A stretch of 64,000 bases of DNA, from contig CAVYSY010000046.1 in the NCBI GenBank assembly GCA_963771175.1, positions 1 through 64,000 of the forward strand, given 5' to 3'. This DNA comes from an uncultured delta proteobacterium. GTDB lineage: Bacteria; Myxococcota; Myxococcia; Myxococcales; Myxococcaceae. Position 1 is the first letter of the stretch, and every line of letters begins with the position of its first letter. Below are positions 23,302 through 35,120 of the stretch, piece by piece. The notes under the pieces were generated by a model that was given only the letters and a program-made list of their open reading frames with translations, did not search any database and was not told where the DNA came from. Position numbers and translations under genes: made by a program.

Positions 23302-25412
23302 GTGTCCTTCCTTCCGAAGCCCAGGTTCTTCTCGCGGCGTGCTCCGCTGCTTCCCCTGCTGGCCGCGCTCGGTTGCGCGTCAGGCCAGCCCCACGTTCAG
23401 GCGGGTGCTCCGCCCACGGAGGCCCGTCCCATGATGCAGACCGCCGACCTCGCCGCCCTGAAGGCCGAGCTCGTTGCCCGCCACGGCGAGGCCTCGCGCG
23501 CCCGCATCGAGCGCGGCGTGGAGCAGGTGGCCGCGCTGTGGCGCCAGGAGGACGGGGACCTGGTCGCCTTCGCGCGCGAGCACTTCATCGCCGACGAGAA
23601 GCAACTGGAGGCCACCCTCGCCCGGCTGGAGGCGGTCTTCGAGCAGCTCGACGGGCACTTGAACGAGATCGGCCGGGAGCTGCGTCGTCCCACGGACCTG
23701 GACCTGGGGCCGCTGCTGCCGGTGGACCCGCTGCTCGCGGCGTTCGACCCGGCCGCGCACCTCACCGAGGACCTCTTCAAGGCGAAGGTGGGCTTCGTCG
23801 CGCTGCTCAACTTCCCGCTCACCACGCTGGCCGAGCGGCTGGCGCAGGGCCCTCGCTACAGCCGCCGGCAGTGGGCCGAGGCGCGGCTCACCGGGCGCTT
23901 CAACCGCCGCGTGCCCGGGGAGGTGCAGCAGGCCTCGACGCGCGCGGCCGCGGACGCCGACCTCTACATCGCCGAGTACAACGTCTGGATGCACCACCTG
24001 CTGGACGAGCAGGGGCAGCGGCCCTTCCCCAAGGGGATGCGGCTGATCAGCCACTGGAACCTGCGCGACGAGCTGAAGCCCGGCTACGCGGATCCGGAGG
24101 GGCTGGCGAAGCAGCGGATGATCGTCAAGGTGATGGAGCGCATCGTCACGCAGACGATTCCGGCGGCGGTCATCGACAACCCGCGGGTGGACTGGAACCC
24201 GTTCACCAACGAGGTGAAGGCGGCGCCGGCCGAGGAGGTGGAGGAGGACGCGCCCCAGCGCCCGGCGGGCAGTGGACGGCAGGCCCGAGGCGGACGTGCG
24301 CTACGCGAAGCTGCTGGCGCAGTTCCAGGCGGCGCGGCGGGCGGACCCGTACGTGCCGGTGGCGCCCACGGCGATCGCTCGCAGCTTCGAGCTGGGGCGC
24401 GAGCTGCCCGAGGCGCGGGTGAAGGCGCTGCTGGAGCAGGTGCTGACGTCGCCGCTGGTGCCGAGGGTGGCGAAGGAGATCGAGCCGCGGCTGGGACGCA
24501 AGCTGGAGCCGCAGGACCTGTGGTACGCCGGCTTCAAGGCGAGCGGGAAGCTGTCCGAGGCGGAGCTGGACGCGCTGACGCGCAAGCGCTACCCGACGGC
24601 GGAGGCCTTCGCGAAGGACATGCCGCGCATCCTCCAGGGGCTGGGCTTCTCGAAGGAGCGGGCGAGCTTCCTGTCGGAGCACATCCGGGTGGATCCCTCG
24701 CGCGGCGCGGGCCACGCGATGCCGGCGATGCGGCGCGGGGACTTCCCCCGGCTGCGCACGCGGGTGGGCCCGAGCGGCATGGACTACAAGGGCTACAACA
24801 TCGCGGTGCACGAGCTGGGGCACAACGTGGAGCAGGTGTTCTCGCTCTACGACGTGGACCACACGCTGCTGGCGGGCGTGCCCAACAACGCCTTCACCGA
24901 GGCGCTGGCCTTCGTCTTCCAGGCGCGCGACCTGGAGCTGCTGGGACAGGCGAAGCCGGACGCGGCGAGCGAGCGCGAGCGGGTGCTCAACGACTTCTGG
25001 CAGACGTGGGAGATCGCCGGGGTGGCGCTGGTGGACATCGCGGTGTGGCACTGGATGTACGAGCACCCGGACGCCACGCCGGCCCGAGCTGCGCGAGGCG
25101 GTGGTGCGCATCTCGCAGGAGACGTGGGACCGGTACTACGCGCCGGTGCTGGGAGGGCAGGGGACGCCGCTGCTGGGCATCTACAGCCACATGATCTCCT
25201 ACCCGCTGTACCTGACGGACTATCCGCTGGGGCACCTGATCGCGTTCCAGATCGAGGAGCACCTGCGGAAGTCGGGCAACCTGGGCGCGGAGTTCGAGCG
25301 GATGGCGAGCCAGGGCGCGGTGACGCCGGACGTGTGGATGACGAACGCCACGGGAGCGCCGGTGAGCGCCGAGCCGCTGCTGCGCGCCACCGAGGCCGCG
25401 CTGGCCCGCTGA
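23302..25412 (+). CDS. Uncharacterised lipoprotein with gluzincin-type HEXXH motif (frameshifts ~24270, ~25085)
   Basis: GTG start after GGAG, lipobox ALGC, IAVHELGHNVEQ followed by NNAFTEALA. Confidence 0.65.
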
Positions 25413-25473
25413 GGCGGGCCCCCGGAGAGGGCTGGGGCGGGGGTCTTCCAGCCACCCCCACCCCGGCTCCCGA

Positions 25474-26163
25474 CTACTTGCCGCTCGGCTTGCCGCCGCC
25501 CGGGGGGGTGCCCGGGGCCTCGTTGCCGATGCCGAGCAGCTCGATCTCGAACACGAGGGTGGCGTTGGGGGGGATGACCGGAGGCGAGCCCATCTCGCCG
25601 TAGGCGGTCGAGCCCGGGCAGACGAGCTGGGCCTTGCCGCCCACCTTCATCTTCTGCACGCCCTCGGTCCAGCAGGCGATGACTCCGTTGAGCGGGAAGG
25701 CGGCGGGCTGGCCACGCTTGTAGGAGCTGTCGAACTCGGTGCCGTTGGTGAGGGTGCCGCGGTAGTTCACCCGCACCGTGTCGGTGGCCTTGGGGCTCGG
25801 GCCCTTGCCGGGCGTCAGCTCCTTGTAGACGACGCCGGAGGGCAGCTTGACGGCTCCCTTCTCCTTGCCGGCATCCTCGACGAAGCGCTTGCCGGCGCGA
25901 TCCTGCCGGCCCTTCGCGAATCCCTGCAGCTTGGGCCCGTACTTCTCCAGCTCCACGGCGGGCTTGGTGCCGGTGGCGGCATCCACCAGGCCCTTCTTGA
26001 GGATCTCGAGCTCGGCCGGGGTCAGGTCGTAGTTCTTGACGCTCCGCCCGATCGACAGCCCGAGCGCGTAGATCGTCTTGTCATCCTCGGTCTTGAGCTC
26101 CTGCGCCTTCGCCTGGAGCCCCACCAGACCGATCACTACCGCGATCATCACTCCCAAACGCAT
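25474..26163 (-). CDS. FKBP-type peptidyl-prolyl isomerase (FkpA/Mip-like)
   Basis: Signal peptide, YALGLSIG, VNYRGTLTNGTEFDSS, VIACWTEGV, IPPNATLVFEIELL. Confidence 0.92.
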   Translation of the reverse strand: MRLGVMIAVVIGLVGLQAKAQELKTEDDKTIYALGLSIGRSVKNYDLTPAELEILKKGLVDAATGTKPAVELEKYGPKLQGFAKGRQDRAGKRFVEDAGKEKGAVKLPSGVVYKELTPGKGPSPKATDTVRVNYRGTLTNGTEFDSSYKRGQPAAFPLNGVIACWTEGVQKMKVGGKAQLVCPGSTAYGEMGSPPVIPPNATLVFEIELLGIGNEAPGTPPGGGKPSGK

Positions 26164-26321
26164 GTTGCCATCCGCCTTTCTCGACGACGGGGGGATGATA
26201 GGTCCACCCGTTCTTCCTGCCGGCCGTTTTCTTGCCACTCGGCCGGATGCGCCTACCCTCGCGACAGCTTGCTGCATCACTGAAGCACTCTGTAGCAGTC
26301 GCGGCCACCGGGAGGGAGGAG

Positions 26322-26661
26322 ATGAGCGACAAGCGGAAGAACGCGCGGGTTCCCCTCGACATCTACCTGAACAAGTACATGAGGGGGGTGCCGTACATGG
26401 CGCGCGCCGCCGACATCAGCCAGGAGGGGGTGAGTCTGGCGCGCCTCATCGAGCCGCGAGCACGAGGCTCGGCGGGTGGGGCTGCAGTTCCAGCTCCCCG
26501 GTTCCGAGGAGGTCATCTACGCCGAGGGCGAGGTGGTGCGCGAGTGGGTGGAGGCCGGTCCGCGCCGCGACGAGCGCTCGGGCGTGCGCTTCACGCTCCT
26601 CACCGAGCGCCACCGGCGGATGATTGACGACTACGTGACACGCGGCACGCAGGGGCACTGA
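26322..26661 (+). CDS. Single-domain PilZ protein (frameshift ~26460)
   Basis: RBS GGAGGAG, DKRKNARVP (RxxxR), DISQEG, GEVVR, GVRF. Confidence 0.75.
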
Positions 26662-26760
26662 GCCGCGCTCCGCTGGAGGGCGTGCCGCCGGGCTTGCCTT
26701 GACTTGGCTCGGAGCCGGCCGATTGAATCCCGCCGTTCCGAGAGAGCGGGGAGGAGTCAC

Positions 26761-27519
26761 GTGAGGCGCACGCTGTGGGCGTTGGTGTTGGTGGCTCCGT
26801 TGTCGGTGCTGGCGCAGGGCAATGGGGTGGATTGGCAGCGGCAGGTCCTCCGGGTGACGGGGGATGGGCCGCCGGACGTGAAGGCCTCCAACCCGTCCCA
26901 GGCGAGGTTGGGCGCGGAGCGCTCGGCGAAGGAGGATGCCTTCGAGGACCTGCTGGAGCAGGTGAAGGGCGTCCACCTGCGCGCGGACCGCACCGTGGGC
27001 GACGAGATGGCCCGCGAGGAGACCCGGCGCAAGGTCGAGGACGTGCTGCGCGACTACAAGGTCGTCCAGAAGCGCTACTACTCCGACAGCGGCGTAAGGA
27101 TGGAGGTGGAGGTGCCGCTCGCGGCGCTCATCTCGGTGCTGGTTCCCGCCGCCGAGGCGAAGCAGGACGCTCCGGTGAAGAAGGACGCGCGGAAGAAGCA
27201 CACTGGGCTGGTGGTGGACGCGCGGAAGCTGGGCCTGGAGCCGGTGCTGGCGCCCCGGTTGCTCGATGCGTCCGGCCAGCCGCTCTACGGAGTGGAGACG
27301 CTGTCCGCGGAGGCCCGGAAGATCACGGGCGTGGCGGGATTCTTCGGGAGCCTCGAGCAGGCCAGGAAGTCGACGCGGGTGGGCGAGCGACCGCTGGTGC
27401 TCGAAGCGGCGCGGATTCAGGGCTCGGACCTCGTGCTGGAGTCGGATGCGGCGAAGGCGCTCGCCGGTCTGGACCCGCGTCTCCTGGCCGAGGGCCGGGT
27501 GGCGATTCTCATCCGGTAG
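26761..27519 (+). CDS. Secreted LPP20-like protein
   Basis: Signal peptide; ARLGAERSAKEDAFEDLLEQVKGV; TGLVVDARKLGLEPVLAPRLLD. Confidence 0.55.
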   Translation: MRRTLWALVLVAPLSVLAQGNGVDWQRQVLRVTGDGPPDVKASNPSQARLGAERSAKEDAFEDLLEQVKGVHLRADRTVGDEMAREETRRKVEDVLRDYKVVQKRYYSDSGVRMEVEVPLAALISVLVPAAEAKQDAPVKKDARKKHTGLVVDARKLGLEPVLAPRLLDASGQPLYGVETLSAEARKITGVAGFFGSLEQARKSTRVGERPLVLEAARIQGSDLVLESDAAKALAGLDPRLLAEGRVAILIR

Positions 27520-27532
27520 GTAGGGAGTAGGC

Positions 27533-27946
27533 GTGAGTGTATCGGTGCTGAAGGTGCGGTGGAGCGGGTGGTGGCTGGGGTCCCGGATGGCCCTGGGCCT
27601 CATGATGTGGGGGGGTGGCTGTGCGTCGGGACCCGAGCAGGTGGACTCGCCGGCGGCCGACCGGGCGCGCGAGGTGTTGCGCTCGATGAAGTCCCGCCAG
27701 GGGAACCTGCTGTTGCGGTGCGAGCCCGCGGACGCCGACGTCTATCTGGACGGGGTGATCCAGGGCGTGTGTACCGACTTTGGCGGGGGGCCGAGCGGTC
27801 TCAACGTGGGTACGGGGTTGCACCGCATCGACGTGAAGAAGGACGGCTACTGGCCGTACACCACGTATTACGAGCCCAGCAATGCCCGTGCGGGGCTGAC
27901 CATCCGGCTCAAGTCGATGGGGCCGGAGCGCGGCGATGCCCCCTGA
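27533..27946 (+). CDS. PEGA-domain lipoprotein
   Basis: GGC lipobox-like site; CEPADADVYLDG..GLHRIDVKKDGY. Confidence 0.7.
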   Translation: MSVSVLKVRWSGWWLGSRMALGLMMWGGGCASGPEQVDSPAADRAREVLRSMKSRQGNLLLRCEPADADVYLDGVIQGVCTDFGGGPSGLNVGTGLHRIDVKKDGYWPYTTYYEPSNARAGLTIRLKSMGPERGDAP

Positions 27947-27947
27947 C

Positions 27948-28072
27948 ATGACGACCCTTGCCTCACCCTGGCCGCGGCCGCCGTCGAGCACAGCTTCCTG
28001 CCCGAGCCCCGGAAGCGTGAGCTGATCGCCGCCCAGCGCGCGAGCGCGAGTGGCCTTCGCGAGGGACGCTGA
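27948..28072 (+). pseudogene. Short gene remnant resembling an adenosine deaminase C-terminus
   Basis: ATG at 27948 is out of frame with LAAAAVEHSFLPEPRKRELIAAQ; resemblance judged by eye only. Confidence 0.35.
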
Positions 28073-29378
28073 CCCCCTCTATGATGGTGCTGGACCCGGT
28101 TCGGGCACACACGAAGAGGAGCTCACCATCGGACGCAACAAGAGAGGAAAGGCTCGTGCGGTGACGGCGCCGGCGGCGCCAAAGGCCCCGGTTCAGGCCC
28201 CCCTGCACGCGGTCGGGTCCGGCGCTCAGCCGCCACAGGTATCCGCACCACCGGCACAGCCCCTGCCGTCAGGGCTCTCCGAGGCGGCGCTCTCCGAGGT
28301 GGAGGCCCGGCGGGTGGACTTCGCCTGGTCGGCGGCCATGGTGGGCTTGTTGGCGCTGGTGTTCGCCCTGTTGTCGGTGTTCGGCGGAGTGGCGGTGCCG
28401 GTGCTGCTGGCGCTCAGTATGGCGTACGTGCTGAATCCGCTCGTGACCGCGCTGGAGCGCCGGGGCCTCAACCGGTCCCTGGGGACGACCGCGGTGTTCG
28501 CAGGGTGCGCGCTGCTGACGGTTGGGGCGGTGCTGTACCTCATCCCGGTCTTCCGGGATGAGGCGCAGAAGCTGCCGGACTTCTTCGTCCGCGCGAGTCA
28601 GCGGGTGGTGCCGCAGGTGGAGTCGTTGCTGGGGCGTCCGCTCCCGGAGCTGCTTCGCCAGCGCATGGCGGAGCTGGGCGGGCAGGCCTCGGAGTTGCTC
28701 CAGAGCGCGGGGCCCACGGCGGCGCGGCTGGTGGCGAGCTTCGCCGGCAACACCGCTCGCCTCGTGACCACGTTGCTGGGCCTGCTGGTCGTCCCGGTGC
28801 TGGGCTTCTTCTTCCTGCAGGACTACCCGAGCCTCATGGAGTTGGTGAAGGGGCTGGTGCCGCGCCGGGCCGTGGGGCTGGTCGTCCGGCGCTTCTCCGA
28901 GGTGGATGACGTGCTGTCCGCCTTCGTGCGGGGTCAGATCACGGTGGGCGCCATTCTCTCGGTGCTCTACAGCACGGGTCTGGGACTGGCGCGCATCGAC
29001 ATGGCGATCGTCATCGGCGTCATCGCCGGCTTCGGCAACATGGTGCCCTACCTGGGAACGAGCGTGGGCGTGGTGCTGGCGCTGCTGGGGTTGATGCTGT
29101 CCTGGCAGGGGCCGTGGCAGCTCGCGGCGGTGATCGGCACGTTCGTGGTGGGCCAGATGGCCGAGGGCTTCTTCATCACCCCTCGCGTGGTGGGGGACAA
29201 GGTGGGCCTCTCCTCGGTGTCCGTCATCATCGCCATCCTGGCCTTCGGCGAGCTGTTCGGCTTCACCGGCATCCTGCTCGCGGTGCCCGTGACGGCCATC
29301 CTCAAGGTGGTGCTGAGCGTGGTGGTGGAGCGCTACCAGCGGATGACCGTCTACACCGGCGAGGGGCCGAGCGCCTGA
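28050..29378 (+). CDS. AI-2E family transporter (start uncertain; GAGGAG precedes an in-frame ATC at 28128)
   Basis: AYVLNPLVTALERRG, FVRGQI, NMVPYLG, EGFFITPRVVGDKVGL, FGFTGILLAVP. Confidence 0.88.
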   Translation: MAFARDADPLYDGAGPGSGTHEEELTIGRNKRGKARAVTAPAAPKAPVQAPLHAVGSGAQPPQVSAPPAQPLPSGLSEAALSEVEARRVDFAWSAAMVGLLALVFALLSVFGGVAVPVLLALSMAYVLNPLVTALERRGLNRSLGTTAVFAGCALLTVGAVLYLIPVFRDEAQKLPDFFVRASQRVVPQVESLLGRPLPELLRQRMAELGGQASELLQSAGPTAARLVASFAGNTARLVTTLLGLLVVPVLGFFFLQDYPSLMELVKGLVPRRAVGLVVRRFSEVDDVLSAFVRGQITVGAILSVLYSTGLGLARIDMAIVIGVIAGFGNMVPYLGTSVGVVLALLGLMLSWQGPWQLAAVIGTFVVGQMAEGFFITPRVVGDKVGLSSVSVIIAILAFGELFGFTGILLAVPVTAILKVVLSVVVERYQRMTVYTGEGPSA

Positions 29379-29449
29379 GCCATCCCCGGACCCCGGGCGA
29401 AGCCGAAAGGGGTGGCGGTGGGGAAGGGCGGGGCGCTAGGGAAGAGGCC

Positions 29450-30178
29450 GTGGCGAAGAGCAAGGCAGCAGGGAAGGGGGCGGCGGAGCTCGCTCGCCTC
29501 CAGGAGGAGATCGTCGCCTGTCGGGCCTGTCCCCGGCTGGTGGAGTGGCGGGAGCAGGTGGCTCGGGAGAAGCGCCGCGCCTACCGCGACTGGACGTACT
29601 GGGGACGGCCGGTGCCCGGTTTCGGGGACCCGCGGGCGGAGATGGTCATCATCGGGCTGGCGCCAGCGGCACATGGGGCCAACCGGACCGGCCGCGTCTT
29701 CACCGGGGATCGCTCGGGAGACTTCCTCTTCGCGGGGCTGCACCGGGCGGGCTTCGCCAACCAGCCCCGGAGCGAGCACCGGGAGGACGGCCTCGCGCTG
29801 ACGGGGGCCTACATCGTCGCGCCGTGCAAGTGCGCTCCCCCGGACAACAAGCCCCTGCCGGAGGAGCTGGCCCGGTGCGCGCCCTTCCTTGACCGGGAGA
29901 TGGCCCTGTTGCCGACCCGGGTGGTGCTGACCCTGGGGGCCATCGCCTGGAATGCGACGCTCACCTGGCTGGAGAGGACGGGGGTGGAGCTCCCCACGCC
30001 CCGACCCGCCTTCGGCCACGGCGCGGAGCTGGCCCTGCCGGGGGCTCCGGTGCTGTTGGGCTGCTACCACGTGAGCCAGCAGAACACCCAGACGGGTAGG
30101 CTCACCCCCGCCATGTTCGATGCCGTGATGGCCCGAGCCCGGGTGCTGATCGAAAATCAGCGGGGAACAGCACCCTAG
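29450..30178 (+). CDS. Uracil-DNA glycosylase, family 5 (UdgB-like)
   Basis: CRACPRL, GLAPAAHGANRTGRVFTGDRSG, KCAPPDNKP, YHVSQQNTQTG. Confidence 0.9.
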   Translation: MAKSKAAGKGAAELARLQEEIVACRACPRLVEWREQVAREKRRAYRDWTYWGRPVPGFGDPRAEMVIIGLAPAAHGANRTGRVFTGDRSGDFLFAGLHRAGFANQPRSEHREDGLALTGAYIVAPCKCAPPDNKPLPEELARCAPFLDREMALLPTRVVLTLGAIAWNATLTWLERTGVELPTPRPAFGHGAELALPGAPVLLGCYHVSQQNTQTGRLTPAMFDAVMARARVLIENQRGTAP

Positions 30179-30193
30179 GGTGTCGATGTTTCC

Positions 30194-30223
30194 TTGACAG
30201 TGCCGGGAGCCCGCTGTTATTCC
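30194..30223 (+). promoter_or_regulatory. sigma70-type promoter for tRNA-Val/thrS
   Basis: TTGACA, 17-18 nt spacer, then TTATTC/TATTCC. Confidence 0.45.
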
Positions 30224-30269
30224 CCGCCCGCCTTCGACGACACGAGTCCCGGGGCGGCAGCAAGAAGAA

Positions 30270-30341
<72 letters not shown>

Positions 30342-30413
30342 CTCAGTAAGGGTTTCAAACAGCGGGCGGCAGGCTGATCAGCCTGCCGCCCGCATTCTTT
30401 TCCGAGGTCTCGC

Positions 30414-32342
30414 ATGGCGGATCAGATCACGGTGACGCTTCCCGACGGCAGCCAGAAGCAGGCGGCACGGGGTACGACCATCGCGGACTTCGTGCGCGAG
30501 AGCATCGGGGCGGGCCTGGCCAAGGCCGCCCTCTTCGCGCGCGTGAATGGTCAGGACACGGATCTGTCGCGTCCCCTCGATGAGGACGCGAAGCTCCAGA
30601 TCTTCACCCCCAAGAGCCCCGAGGCCCTGGAGCTCATCCGGCACGATGCCGCCCACGTGGTGGCCAGTGCGGTGCAGCGCCTCTTCCCGGGCACCCAGGT
30701 GACGATCGGCCCGGCGACGGAGGAGGGCTTCTACTACGACTTCTTCCGCGAGAAGCCCTTCACCCCCGAGGACCTCGAGAAGATCGAGGCCGAGGCCAAC
30801 AAGGAGATCTCCCAGAACCTCCCCTTCGTCCGGACGGAGATCTCCATGGACGAGGCGATCAAGCTCTTCGAGGGCAAGGGGGAGAAGTTCAAGGTCGAGA
30901 TCGTCAAGGACATCGCGGCCAAGGGCGCCAAGACGCTGACGCTCTACACCCACGGTGACTGGGTGGACTTCTGCCTGGGGCCCCACGCGCCGAGCACGGG
31001 GAAGATCGGCGTCATCAAGCTGCTGTCCACGAGCGGGGCCTACTGGCGCGGAGACCATCGCAACCCGATGCTCCAGCGCATCTACGGCACGGCCTTCTTC
31101 GACAAGAAGGCGCTCCAGGAGTACCTCACCCGGATGGAGGAGTCGCGCAAGCGCGACCACCGCAAGCTGGGCAAGGAGCTGGACCTCTTCCACTTCCACC
31201 CGTACTCGCCGGGCGCGGCCTTCTGGACCCCCAAGGGCACCACGCTCTACAACACGCTGGCCAACTTCATGCGCCGGATGACGAGCGAGACCGGCTACGT
31301 GGAGATCAAGACCCCGCTGCTCTACAACAAGGGCCTGTGGGAGACGAGCGGCCACTGGGGCAAGTACAAGGAGAACATGTTCCTCGTGCTCGACAGCGAG
31401 ACCGGGGAGCATGACTTCTCGCTGAAGCCGATGAACTGCCCCAGCCATCACCTGTACTACGGCTTCAAGAAGCACAGCTACCGCGACCTGCCCATGCGCC
31501 TGCACACCCAGGACGTGCTCCACCGCAACGAGGCGGCGGGCTCGCTGGGCGGTCTCACCCGCGTGCGCCAGTTCGCCCAGGACGACGCTCACATCTACTG
31601 CATGGAGAGCCAGATCCCCGACGAGGTGCGGCGCTTCGTGCAGCTGCTGGATCGCGTCTACAAGGCGGTGGGCCTGGACTATTCGGTGAAGCTGTCCACC
31701 CGGCCGGAGAAGCGGCTCGGCGATGACTCCCTGTGGGATCGCGCCGAGGCGGGCCTCAAGAGCGCCCTGGAGAGCCTGGGTCTGCAGTACGAGCTGAAGC
31801 CGGGCGACGGCGCCTTCTACGGCCCGAAGATCGACTTCGACGTGTCCGACAGCATCGGCCGCAAGTGGCAGCTGGGCACCATCCAGCTCGACTACCTGGC
31901 CCCCGAGCGCTTCGATCTCACCTACGTGGGCGAGGACAACGCCGAGCACCGCCCGGTGGTGCTCCACCGCGCCATCTTCGGCTCCTTCGAGCGCTTCATC
32001 GCCATCCTCATCGAGCACTTCGCGGGCGCCTTCCCGGCGTGGCTGGCCCCGGTGCAGGCCGTGCTCGTCACGGTGGCGGACCGTCAGACGGAGTACGCAC
32101 TCAAGGTGCGCGACCAGCTCCGGGCCAAGGGCTACCGGGTGGACGTGGACGAGCGCGGCCTCACCCTCAACGCGAAGATCCGCGACGCCCAGCTGCAGAA
32201 GATCCCCTTCACCCTCGTCATCGGCGACAACGAGGTGGATGGCGGGGCGGTGTCCCCCCGGCGCTACGGCGGCGAGGACCTCAAGAGCATGAAGCTCGAG
32301 GCCTTCGAGGCCCTCCTGGCGAAGGAAGCCGCCTGGCCGTAG
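30414..32342 (+). CDS. thrS: Threonine--tRNA ligase
   Basis: TGS domain, [54 protein letters not shown]. Confidence 0.98.
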   Translation: MADQITVTLPDGSQKQAARGTTIADFVRESIGAGLAKAALFARVNGQDTDLSRPLDEDAKLQIFTPKSPEALELIRHDAAHVVASAVQRLFPGTQVTIGPATEEGFYYDFFREKPFTPEDLEKIEAEANKEISQNLPFVRTEISMDEAIKLFEGKGEKFKVEIVKDIAAKGAKTLTLYTHGDWVDFCLGPHAPSTGKIGVIKLLSTSGAYWRGDHRNPMLQRIYGTAFFDKKALQEYLTRMEESRKRDHRKLGKELDLFHFHPYSPGAAFWTPKGTTLYNTLANFMRRMTSETGYVEIKTPLLYNKGLWETSGHWGKYKENMFLVLDSETGEHDFSLKPMNCPSHHLYYGFKKHSYRDLPMRLHTQDVLHRNEAAGSLGGLTRVRQFAQDDAHIYCMESQIPDEVRRFVQLLDRVYKAVGLDYSVKLSTRPEKRLGDDSLWDRAEAGLKSALESLGLQYELKPGDGAFYGPKIDFDVSDSIGRKWQLGTIQLDYLAPERFDLTYVGEDNAEHRPVVLHRAIFGSFERFIAILIEHFAGAFPAWLAPVQAVLVTVADRQTEYALKVRDQLRAKGYRVDVDERGLTLNAKIRDAQLQKIPFTLVIGDNEVDGGAVSPRRYGGEDLKSMKLEAFEALLAKEAAWP

Positions 32343-32450
32343 TCGCACTGGGAGTCACAGCCTGTTGACAGCCCTTGACTCCCTCGGGCTGGCAAGTATC
32401 TTGCCCCCCTTCAGAGGGGGGTACTTACTCCCACCACTGGAGGACCGCAC

Positions 32451-33167
<717 letters not shown>

Positions 33168-33224
33168 TTGGACGCGGCTGACGGCTTCAACTCCGTCAGC
33201 CCTTGGAAGTCGAGGATCGGCAAC

Positions 33225-33434
33225 ATGCCCAAGATGAAGACCCGTAGCGGCGCCAAGAAGCGCTTCCAGGTGAAGAAGTCCGGCCAGGTGAAGTTCGGCA
33301 AGGCCCACGGCAAGCACCTCTTCACCCACGGGAAGACCCCGAAGGCGAAGCGGACCCACCGTGGCACCGGTCACCTGAAGGACATGGACGCCAAGAAGGT
33401 TGTCAAGGAGCTGTTCCCCTTCGGGGCGAACTAG
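33225..33434 (+). CDS. rpmI: 50S ribosomal protein L35
   Basis: MPKMKTRSGAKKRF; position between infC and rplT. Confidence 0.95.
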   Translation: MPKMKTRSGAKKRFQVKKSGQVKFGKAHGKHLFTHGKTPKAKRTHRGTGHLKDMDAKKVVKELFPFGAN

Positions 33435-33520
33435 TAGGACCGCAGTCCAGAGGGCCCTGTCGGTGAGACCATAGGCCCGCACCGGGGGTTCAAACACCTC
33501 GCAGCAGTCAGGAGTCAGCA

Positions 33521-33868
33521 ATGCGCGTCAAAAAGGGATTCAAGGCCCGTCGCCGTCGTAATAAGATTCTGAAGCTGGCCAAGGGCTACCGTGGCCGCCG
33601 CAAGAATTGCTACCGCCGGGCCAACCAGGCCGTCGAGCGCGCGCTCGACTACGCCAGCCGCGACCGCGCCGCGCGGAAGCGCAACTTCCGCTCGCTGTGG
33701 ATCGTCCGCATCAACGCGGCCGCCCGCACCGTGGGCCTGTCCTACTCCCGGCTGATCGCCGGCCTGGCCAACAAGAAGATCGCGCTGGACCGCAAGGTCC
33801 TGGCCGACCTGGCCGTGGCGGATCCCGCCGGTTTTGCCGCCGTCGCCAACATCGCGAAGGCGGCCTGA
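33521..33868 (+). CDS. rplT: 50S ribosomal protein L20
   Basis: [38 protein letters not shown]. Confidence 0.97.
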   Translation: MRVKKGFKARRRRNKILKLAKGYRGRRKNCYRRANQAVERALDYASRDRAARKRNFRSLWIVRINAAARTVGLSYSRLIAGLANKKIALDRKVLADLAVADPAGFAAVANIAKAA

Positions 33869-33951
33869 GAATGACGCCGGCCTTCACGGGCCGGCACCGA
33901 AAGCGCGCGGTCGCGGTCTCCTCCCGGAGGCCGCTGCCGCACGCGGGTTTG

Positions 33952-33987
33952 AAAACGGGCTGCCCCTGAGGGCGGCCCTTTTTTTTG
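33952..33987 (+). terminator. Intrinsic terminator between rplT and pheS
   Basis: GGGCTGCCC-CTGA-GGGCGGCCC followed by a T run. Confidence 0.7.
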
Positions 33988-34021
33988 GCCCCGGCATGGC
34001 CGGGGAGGGAGACGAAGTCCC

Positions 34022-35071
<1,050 letters not shown>

Positions 35072-35120
35072 GCGGCCGCGGTCGGACCTCGCAACTCATT
35101 TTTCGCAATCGGGTGGAACC

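Noticed and set aside
33870..34021. pheM-type Phe leader peptide or T-box
   Set aside because: Hairpins and a terminator are present, but no Phe-rich leader or T-box motif is recognisable
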